Assembly: GCA_964549075.1 (NCBI GenBank) | Contig: CAZJUB010000086.1 | Location: forward strand, 1-11,291 | Reading direction: 5' to 3' | Length of the DNA stretch: 11,291 bases | Source: an uncultured archaeon | GTDB taxonomy: Archaea > Asgardarchaeota > Heimdallarchaeia > Heimdallarchaeales > Heimdallarchaeaceae | Part shown: in pieces, positions 1 through 6,527 of the stretch | Numbering within the stretch: the first letter of the stretch is position 1 | Layout: the number at the start of each line of letters is the position of its first letter | Made by a program: the position numbers and the translations under genes | The notes under the pieces: model-generated | Databases searched by the model: none | Seen by the model: the letters and a program-made list of their open reading frames with translations, nothing else | Told to the model about the DNA's origin: nothing

Positions 1-2
1 AT

Positions 3-116
3 AGGGTGCTGAAGCCCGGTCGCTGGATTTAACTCTGTTATCATGACACTTATGAAGGAACTTGGGGACTGCTGCAGGATATTATGGCAGAGGAGGGAAA
101 CATACCAGAAAAATAG
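3..116 (+). pseudogene. Stop-interrupted fragment resembling an amino (N6-A/N4-C) DNA methyltransferase; possibly a chimeric sequence end
   Basis: Frame +3 (absent from the ORF track) reads [36 protein letters not shown], with TAA at 30-32 and TAG at 114-116. RVLKPG followed by a beta-strand and a helix is typical of SAM-dependent methyltransferases. Hand count: 48 G+C in nt 1-100, visibly higher than the rest of the window. Confidence 0.6.
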
Positions 117-862
117 AATCAAGTACATTTTATTTAGACGGGACAAAACCTACGATTAGAGCAAGTCTATTAGGAGCTTTACGTGATGCTATGGAGAATG
201 CAATTGGGGGGAATGGTGTAAGGGTAGTACAAACCTTAGCATTTGGTGGTGCAGAATTTTCAGGACTAGATACTGGAATTCCAGCTGTTATAGCGTTTGT
301 TCTTATCTTTCTTCTAGTAATAGTAGGAGTGATTACTCTCATTAGAGAGAAGATTCAAGGAACTCAAGACCGATTATACTCAACTCCTTTAAGATCTTCT
401 GAACGTTTACTTGGATATGTTATTGGTTTGCTTCTAATAGCAACCATAATGATAGCACTTGTGTTAATTTTTGGTGTTTTTGTATTTGGAGCAAAAGTTC
501 AAGGTAATGTTTTCTTGTTGATTTTTGCTGCTTTATTATTTGGAATGGCACATGTGTTTTTGGCAGTCTTTTTAGCTAACTTTGCACAAAATGAGCTTCA
601 AGCAATTCAATTTGCTCCTTTAACAGCTATTCCTAGTATGGCTCTTGGAGGTCTATTTGTTCCAACTATCAGTTTGCCAGCTTGGCTTTATCCTGTCTCA
701 TATGTAGTACCATTAACCTATGGAATTAACCTCTTTGAAGGTATAATGCTTAAAGGCTGGGGATTTAAAGAACTATGGTTAGATTTTACTGTTGTAGCTG
801 TGATGTGTTTGATTTTCTTTATACTAGCGGTAATCACTGTTAGAGATAGGATGAGAGATTAA
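62..862 (+). CDS. ABC-2 type exporter permease (YbhS/NatB-like), N-terminally truncated; the TTG start at 62 is probably not real
   Basis: Contains IREKIQGTQDRLYSTPL (REkexGTlerLxxtPl motif), several hydrophobic helices, and LGGLFVP...LPAWL...SYVVPLTY. FYLDGTKP looks like the end of the extracytoplasmic domain. The expected first TM helix is missing, and the frame has stops upstream at 2, 44 and 53. Confidence 0.85.
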   Translation: MGTAAGYYGRGGKHTRKIESSTFYLDGTKPTIRASLLGALRDAMENAIGGNGVRVVQTLAFGGAEFSGLDTGIPAVIAFVLIFLLVIVGVITLIREKIQGTQDRLYSTPLRSSERLLGYVIGLLLIATIMIALVLIFGVFVFGAKVQGNVFLLIFAALLFGMAHVFLAVFLANFAQNELQAIQFAPLTAIPSMALGGLFVPTISLPAWLYPVSYVVPLTYGINLFEGIMLKGWGFKELWLDFTVVAVMCLIFFILAVITVRDRMRD

Positions 863-867
863 GGTGG
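862..867 (+). promoter_or_regulatory. Shine-Dalgarno-like site (AGGTGG) for the TrmB gene, overlapping the permease stop
   Basis: TAAGGTGGTTGAATG; the genes are 9 nt apart, consistent with co-transcription. Confidence 0.6.
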
Positions 868-871
868 TTGA

Positions 872-1693
872 ATGAATCCTAAATCCTCTCTTTATTTCTC
901 TAAAGATGATGCAATAAAAGCTCTTTCGAGTCTTGGACTTTCACTAGGAGAATCACGAACTTATACTTCTCTCGTTGGTATGGGATCTACGCATGCCACT
1001 ACTCTAGCAAATGTTGCTGAAGTTCCTCAACCTAAAATTTATGGGTATTTAGAGAGCTTGGTGCAGAAAACCTTTGTTACAAGGCAAAGTAAAAGAGGAA
1101 CTCCTGATACTTTCACAGCTGTACCTTATGAAATTGTAATTGAAACACTGGAAAAAGAGTTGGAGAATAAAGTTAAAGCTGCAAACAGATATTTTGAGCA
1201 AATTAAAGAAGAGGAAAGAACAAGAGAAGTTGAAGATCTTTTTTCTTATTTTGAAGGTAAAAGAGCTGTCTATGCTGGTTTGAAAGATATTATTGATACT
1301 GTAGAGAAGAATATAATTATTATCTTAATCAATTCTAAAGATGAAGAAGTTTTACATAAATTGATAGATGAAAGGAGGAAAACTATTACAGATTTAGAAA
1401 TCTCTCAATTAGGTTCATCTGATAGACTTCAGAAAGTCCCTCCAATCAAGAGGCTTATGAATGCAGAAGGTTTCCGGAATCTTCTCAATAAAAGACCAAC
1501 TATGTTTTTTGTAGATGTTGATTTCGAGCAGAATAAATGTACATCCATGAATCTAATTCTACCTCCTATCGAAGAATTCAATCAAGCTTTGATAAATATT
1601 AAACATCCAATAGCACTGCATTTCCAAATTCAGTTATTCTCGAGTCTTCTGGATACTTTGAAGAATGTTGGAATGAGAATAAAGAAGTTTTAA
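872..1693 (+). CDS. TrmB-family transcriptional regulator (N-terminal winged HTH, divergent C-terminal effector domain)
   Basis: LSSLGLSLGESRTYTSL...ATTLANVAEVPQPKIYGYLESLVQKTFV...FTAVP matches the TrmB wHTH pattern. It is followed by a coiled-coil helix and a FEGKRAVY segment opening the C-terminal domain. Confidence 0.88.
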   Translation: MNPKSSLYFSKDDAIKALSSLGLSLGESRTYTSLVGMGSTHATTLANVAEVPQPKIYGYLESLVQKTFVTRQSKRGTPDTFTAVPYEIVIETLEKELENKVKAANRYFEQIKEEERTREVEDLFSYFEGKRAVYAGLKDIIDTVEKNIIIILINSKDEEVLHKLIDERRKTITDLEISQLGSSDRLQKVPPIKRLMNAEGFRNLLNKRPTMFFVDVDFEQNKCTSMNLILPPIEEFNQALINIKHPIALHFQIQLFSSLLDTLKNVGMRIKKF

Positions 1694-1705
1694 GTCAAGA
1701 TACAG

Positions 1706-1713
1706 TTATAAAT
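1706..1713 (+). promoter_or_regulatory. Archaeal TATA box for a leaderless transcript of the ThDP enzyme
   Basis: TTATAAAT at -30..-23 relative to ATG 1736; no SD in the pyrimidine-rich spacer. Confidence 0.7.
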
Positions 1714-1735
1714 CTCCTCTTTTTTCTTATTTTGT

Positions 1736-3571
1736 ATGTCAAAAAACGTTAATAAACAATTAACTGGTTCGGAAGTTATAATTGAATATTTGATAAAGGA
1801 AGGAGTCAATTATATTTTTGGAATTCCGGGTCATGGTTGTTTAGGATTTACTGATGCTTTACTAAAGTACAAAGATGAAATTCAAGTTATTCAACCAAAA
1901 CAAGAAATGGCAGGCGTTCATATGGCTGTAAGTCATTATAGAGTAACAGGTAAACCTCTTGTAGTATTTACAAGCATTGGACCTGGGGCAATTAATACAG
2001 CTATTGGTTTAGCAGATGCTTATGTTGATTCTATGCCTGTTTTAGTATTATCAGGAGATACGCATGTACATATGAGAGGAGTTGGAGTGCTTCAAGAAAT
2101 TGAAAGACACAAAGACAGTTCGATGCCACGAATTCTTGAACCAATAGTTAAAAGATCTTTTGAGTTAGCTTCAGCTAATCAAATACCCAAAGTTATACAA
2201 AGAGCTTTTAACATCATGATGACAGGTAGAAAAGGACCAGTTCACATTGATTTACCAATGGATGTTCAATGTGATTTTGTTGAAGGACAAGTACCTGATC
2301 CGTTTAAAAGAAGGAGTGCATCAAAGCTACGTGGTGATTTTAACTATATTCAGATGGCTGCTGAATTATTCATGAAAGCTAAAAGACCTCTAATATGGTT
2401 AGGTGGTGGTGTAGTTTCTTCAGGAGCTTTCGAAGAGGTAAAAGAAATAGCAGAATTTACTGGAGCTCCTGTCTTAACTTCAATGATGGCAAAAGATGCT
2501 TTTCCAAATGATCATCCTCTTTTTGGCTGGGCAACAGGTTCTAAAGGTACTAAAATTGGTATTCAATTAAGTAGAAAAGCTGATGTTGTATTAGCTGTTG
2601 GAACACGTTTTGCAGATGAATCTACTTGTTCTTACAGAAAAGGAATTGCATGGAATTTTGGATCAGAAACCGATGATACAAAACTCATACATATTGATAT
2701 AGATCCTAATGAAATTGGCAAAAACTATCCAGTAGATATTGGGATTGTTGGTGATGCTAAAGCTATACTAAACGATTTCTTAGGGATATTGAAGAGGAAA
2801 TTTGCACCAGTTAATTATATAGAAACAGCGTATTTTAAAGAGATCCATCAATTAAAAGAAGAATGGTATAAATTCTTATCAGATTGGCGTATACCCCAAA
2901 TGGAGCCAGTTATGATATCTTGCGTTTTAAAAGAAGTGAGGGAATTTTTGGATAGAGACGCAATTATTGTAACTAGTTCAGGTAATGTACAAGCTCAGAT
3001 GATTCAAGAGATAGAATTCTACGAACCACATACTTGTATAACAGCTGGTGGTTTTTCTACTATGGGCTATACACTTCCTGCAACTATAGGTGCTAAGCTT
3101 GGAAAACCAGATAAGCAAGTTATTGGACTCGTGGGAGATGGAGATTTCTTAATGTCGATGCAAGAACTCCATACAGCAAAACAGTTAGGCCTAAATGTAG
3201 TGGTTATTGTTCTAAATAACGCTGGATGGATTGCAATCACCGATTTACAAAGAGCTGTTTTTGGTCAAGAGAGAGGTTATGCTACTGAATTCGAAGATTC
3301 TAATGGAGAAGTATGTACTCCTCATTTTGCTGATATCGCAAAGGGTTTTGGATGTTGGTCCACTAGAATCTCAAAAAACGACCAGATTAAACCAGCTCTC
3401 CAAATGGCATTTAAACAAAAAAAACCTGCAATTATTGAAATAATGGTTAATAGAGATCCTAAATATACTGGTTCTCCTGCGTGGGGTTGGTGGGATGTTC
3501 CGATTCCTGCATATATGAAAGAAAAACGAGAGAGATATCTTAGCCAAATTAAAGAGGAAGATCTATCCTAA
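1736..3571 (+). CDS. ThDP-dependent enzyme of the AHAS/IolD superfamily with IolD-like motifs (putative cyclic dione acylhydrolase-like enzyme)
   Basis: Catalytic Glu in PKQEM, TSIGPGAIN, GPVHIDLPMDVQ, AVGTRF, IHIDIDPNEIGK and the ThDP/Mg motif GDGDFLM...NN. IolD-like features: GIPGHG, SGD, VLQE and C-terminal WWDVP. Family membership is secure; the reaction is not. Confidence 0.9.
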   Translation: MSKNVNKQLTGSEVIIEYLIKEGVNYIFGIPGHGCLGFTDALLKYKDEIQVIQPKQEMAGVHMAVSHYRVTGKPLVVFTSIGPGAINTAIGLADAYVDSMPVLVLSGDTHVHMRGVGVLQEIERHKDSSMPRILEPIVKRSFELASANQIPKVIQRAFNIMMTGRKGPVHIDLPMDVQCDFVEGQVPDPFKRRSASKLRGDFNYIQMAAELFMKAKRPLIWLGGGVVSSGAFEEVKEIAEFTGAPVLTSMMAKDAFPNDHPLFGWATGSKGTKIGIQLSRKADVVLAVGTRFADESTCSYRKGIAWNFGSETDDTKLIHIDIDPNEIGKNYPVDIGIVGDAKAILNDFLGILKRKFAPVNYIETAYFKEIHQLKEEWYKFLSDWRIPQMEPVMISCVLKEVREFLDRDAIIVTSSGNVQAQMIQEIEFYEPHTCITAGGFSTMGYTLPATIGAKLGKPDKQVIGLVGDGDFLMSMQELHTAKQLGLNVVVIVLNNAGWIAITDLQRAVFGQERGYATEFEDSNGEVCTPHFADIAKGFGCWSTRISKNDQIKPALQMAFKQKKPAIIEIMVNRDPKYTGSPAWGWWDVPIPAYMKEKRERYLSQIKEEDLS

Positions 3572-3580
3572 TTAATTCCA

Positions 3581-3590
3581 CTTCCTTTTT
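3581..3590 (+). terminator. Possible archaeal oligo-U terminator after the ThDP enzyme gene
   Basis: CTTCCTTTTT begins 10 nt after the stop codon. Confidence 0.35.
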
Positions 3591-3622
3591 ATTAAAATAT
3601 CTAAGATAATTAGTATATCTCC

Positions 3623-3640
3623 AAAAAAGTTTTTATTTAA
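3623..3640 (+). promoter_or_regulatory. BRE/TATA-like element for the MFS transporter
   Basis: AAAAAAG followed by TTTTTATTTAA, with the T-run starting at -29 relative to ATG 3659. This supports 3659 rather than TTG 3644 as the start. Confidence 0.55.
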
Positions 3641-3658
3641 GTTTTGAACACAAACGCT

Positions 3659-5077
3659 ATGGAAAAAGAACAAAAGAAATCAAAAAGAGCTGTTCCTCTG
3701 AAATTTAATCTAGCTTTTGCGACTGGTGAAATAACTGATGCTGTATCTTATCAAGGATTCTCCTTTCTAATTTTCGCATTTTATTATTCCATTGTTGGTA
3801 TTGATTTAAAATATGTTACAATAATATACATTTTGTGGTCAATTTACAATGCGTTTAATGATCCAATTTTAGGAGGTTTTTCTGATAAAACTCGAACTAG
3901 AAAATTTGGGGGTGGACGTAGAAGACCTTGGATGATTGTAGCTTGGATTCCTCTGTCACTTATCATGTTCTTTCTTTTCACACCATTTTCTACTTATGCA
4001 AATCATCCTGTTTGGGTTTCAATCTACTTCTTTGTCATTATTTGTTTGTTTGATACTATTTATACGATGTTTTCTCTCAATAGAACTTCGTTATATCCCG
4101 AGATGTTTAGAACCGATAAAGAAAGAGAAGAAGCTGGTGCTGGTAGAAGATTGATGATGATAGTTGGTTTGATTTTAGCAATGGGATTACCTACTTTCAT
4201 AATTGGCGATTTAACTGATCCTGCAAATCACTATAAATATTGGATAGCTGGTGCTGCTCTTGGTGTTATTGTCTTCATAACTGCATGGGTCAATTTAAAA
4301 TGGGGTGTAAAAGAACCTCCCTTAGAACATATGGAGAAAATAGATACCATTGGAGTTCTTAAATCCATTTGGATAACTCTAAAGAATAAGAAATTCCTTA
4401 TTTTTGTCTTATGTTCAATGATGAACTGGTATATATTCGCTCTCTTCCCAATGATTATACCTTATTTCTCTAAATACGTTTTAGGAATCCATGCAGGTGC
4501 TGACTGGATGGCATCAAACTATGGTATATATGCTGCTTTACTCTTATTGGTAGCCTTTCTTTCATCTGCAATAGGTGTGCTGATATGGTCGAAAGTCGAT
4601 AGTATACTAGGAAGCAAATTAGGCTTTATTTTGTCACAGATATATTGGGTATTAGTGCTGATCCCACTTTTCTTTGTAAACAATTATTTTGTAGCTTTAG
4701 GAATTATGGCTCTTAACGGTATAGGATTAGGTGGTTCTCCTTACTTTATTGATAGGAACATTTCTAATATTGCAGATGATGACGAATTACAAACGAATCA
4801 GAGAAGAGAAGCTTCATATTATGGAGTACACGCTTTGATAATACGATTATCTGGTATCTTAGCCATTGTATCAATATTCATTATGTTAGGAAGCAAGTGG
4901 AGTATTTTCCATGAAGTAGACTTTACAAGCAATCCACCTATTGTCGAACTTAAGTCTCTTGTATCTTGGTTCCCAGCAGGAGCTCTTGTTCTTGGTATAA
5001 TTTTCTTACTATTATATCCACTTAATAAGAAAAAGGTAGATATTTTACAAGCGAATTATAAAAAGAGTAAAAAATAA
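3659..5077 (+). CDS. MFS transporter, glycoside-pentoside-hexuronide (GPH, MelB/UidB-like) cation symporter family
   Basis: NAFNDPILGGFSDKTRTRKFGGGRRRPW is the GPH signature. Also present: LYPEM...ER, IADDDELQTNQRREASYYG and terminal YPL, with about 12 hydrophobic segments. The start was moved from TTG 3644 to ATG 3659 (MEKEQ) on promoter spacing. Confidence 0.92.
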   Translation: MEKEQKKSKRAVPLKFNLAFATGEITDAVSYQGFSFLIFAFYYSIVGIDLKYVTIIYILWSIYNAFNDPILGGFSDKTRTRKFGGGRRRPWMIVAWIPLSLIMFFLFTPFSTYANHPVWVSIYFFVIICLFDTIYTMFSLNRTSLYPEMFRTDKEREEAGAGRRLMMIVGLILAMGLPTFIIGDLTDPANHYKYWIAGAALGVIVFITAWVNLKWGVKEPPLEHMEKIDTIGVLKSIWITLKNKKFLIFVLCSMMNWYIFALFPMIIPYFSKYVLGIHAGADWMASNYGIYAALLLLVAFLSSAIGVLIWSKVDSILGSKLGFILSQIYWVLVLIPLFFVNNYFVALGIMALNGIGLGGSPYFIDRNISNIADDDELQTNQRREASYYGVHALIIRLSGILAIVSIFIMLGSKWSIFHEVDFTSNPPIVELKSLVSWFPAGALVLGIIFLLLYPLNKKKVDILQANYKKSKK

Positions 5078-5103
5078 TATAGAAGAAAGAATAATCTTTT
5101 TCT

Positions 5104-6093
5104 TCATCCTTTAATTTTTAATCCTTGTAGATATTCTATAGCGCTCAAAGCTGCAACTGTTCCTAAACCAGTAGAAGTGGTTATTTGTCTCATAAGCGGG
5201 TTATTTATCTTACTTGTTACATCTCCTGCAGCAAAAATTCCAGTAACATTTGTTCTACATTCATCATCTATTTTGATAAGACCTTCTTCAAGTTCAACTC
5301 CAAGAGCTTGAGCAAGTTCCACGTTAGGGATAGAGCCTATTTCAGCAAAAACTCCATCAACTTTTAGAGAATTACCATCATTAAACACTACTTCTTCAAT
5401 AGTATTGGTTCCCTTTATCTCAGTGATTTGTTTGTTGTAAAGAATGGTGATATTATCTCTGTTTTTAGCTCTTTCTATGTAAATTTTTTCGCATTTTAGA
5501 TAGTCTGATCTTGAAATCCAGTATATTCTTTTTGCACCAACATCACTTAAAGCTAAAGTACCAGTAGCAGCAGCGTCGCCTGAGCCTGCCACAATAACCG
5601 TTTTGTTTTTGAAGAAAGCTGCATCACAAGTTGCACAATACGACATCCCTCTTCCTACAAATTCCTTTTCTCCAGGAACTCCTAGTTCCCTATGTCTACC
5701 CCCCGTTGCTAAGATCAAGGCTTTTACAACAAAGTCTCCCATATCGCTTTTGATATGAAATCTACCATTTTCGAGTATATCAATAGTTGACACTTCACCG
5801 AAAACTATTTTTGTACCAAATTTCTCAGCTTGAGCTTTCATTTTATCCGCCAATTCTATACCAGATATCATCTCATAACCAGGATAATTTTCTATTTCCA
5901 TAGCTAAACCCATTTGACCCCCGTAGTCGAGTCCAACTTGAACCACAGAAACTCCTGACCTAGATGCATAAAGTGCAGCAGTTAATCCTGCAGGACCTAA
6001 ACCAATGATACCGAGATCTTTTTCGTTAGGACGTGCTTGTGCGTTTTCTTCTTGTTCCTCTTCTAAATCTTCTGTCGGACCTAATATTAACAT
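5104..6093 (-). CDS. trxB: Thioredoxin reductase-like FAD-dependent disulfide oxidoreductase (low-Mr type)
   Basis: GLGPAGLTAALY (FAD), IENYPG, ILATG, SYCATCD redox disulfide, and TNVTGIFAAGD. ATG 6093 (MLILG) is preferred to TTG 6111. The pyridine-nucleotide motifs are atypical. Confidence 0.88.
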   Translation of the reverse strand: MLILGPTEDLEEEQEENAQARPNEKDLGIIGLGPAGLTAALYASRSGVSVVQVGLDYGGQMGLAMEIENYPGYEMISGIELADKMKAQAEKFGTKIVFGEVSTIDILENGRFHIKSDMGDFVVKALILATGGRHRELGVPGEKEFVGRGMSYCATCDAAFFKNKTVIVAGSGDAAATGTLALSDVGAKRIYWISRSDYLKCEKIYIERAKNRDNITILYNKQITEIKGTNTIEEVVFNDGNSLKVDGVFAEIGSIPNVELAQALGVELEEGLIKIDDECRTNVTGIFAAGDVTSKINNPLMRQITTSTGLGTVAALSAIEYLQGLKIKG

Positions 6094-6158
6094 ATTTATC
6101 ACTATCAACAAGTATTAAGGAAATAAAAATATTCTTCCTCTTTAAAATTATGTTATTA

Positions 6159-6524
6159 TCATTTAATCATTTCAGTTATCATCTTGCCTAATTTAATGAT
6201 ACTAAATGGTTTTTGGATAAAACTTGTTACACCTAATTTTCCAGCTTCTTCTCTAACAGTAGGATCAGCTGTGATAAAGAGAATCTTTGATTTGTTTATT
6301 ATTTTGTATTCCTTCAGCTCTTTAAGAGTATCAAGGCCATTCTTAATGGGCATGCGATGATCTAGAATAATTACATCAGGATATTTTTTAAGCTTATTAA
6401 TCTCCTCAATTGCTTTTGAACCATTTTGAGCTGTTCCAATGATTTTATGTCCTTCTAAGCTTAAACCTTCTTTGTAGAGGAATTGAATTGTTTCTTCATC
6501 ATCAATAATATAGATTGTTGCCAT
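6159..6524 (-). CDS. Single-domain response regulator (stand-alone REC, CheY-like)
   Basis: IIDDE, phospho-acceptor in ILDHRMP..NG, FITA and QKPF; 121 aa with no output domain. SD-like GGAGGA lies in the last codons of the kinase gene, whose stop is 3 nt before this ATG. Confidence 0.95.
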   Translation of the reverse strand: MATIYIIDDEETIQFLYKEGLSLEGHKIIGTAQNGSKAIEEINKLKKYPDVIILDHRMPIKNGLDTLKELKEYKIINKSKILFITADPTVREEAGKLGVTSFIQKPFSIIKLGKMITEMIK

Positions 6525-6527
6525 CTT

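Noticed and set aside
130-342. 70-aa minus-strand ORF
   Set aside because: Antisense shadow of the ABC permease; no recognisable motif.
3231-3443. 70-aa alternative-frame ORF
   Set aside because: Lies entirely inside the ThDP enzyme gene, has a non-ATG start and no motif.
1736-3571. Gene symbol ilvB or iolD
   Set aside because: The motifs are mixed and no pathway partner genes are in the window, so neither symbol is justified.
3598-3620. TATCT/AGATA inverted repeats as a TrmB operator
   Set aside because: Only 5-bp AT-rich arms, expected by chance, with no matching palindrome upstream of the ThDP gene.
5081-5105. Imperfect hairpin between the convergent MFS and trxB genes
   Set aside because: Low-complexity purine/pyrimidine pairing. 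It could aid termination but is too weak to call.
5060-5106. Selenocysteine readthrough of the trxB TGA
   Set aside because: The protein is a complete low-Mr type ending KIKG, with no GC-U-G motif. Readthrough would run antisense into the MFS gene, and no SECIS-like element was seen.
5185-5367. 60-aa plus-strand ORF
   Set aside because: Antisense to trxB; no support.
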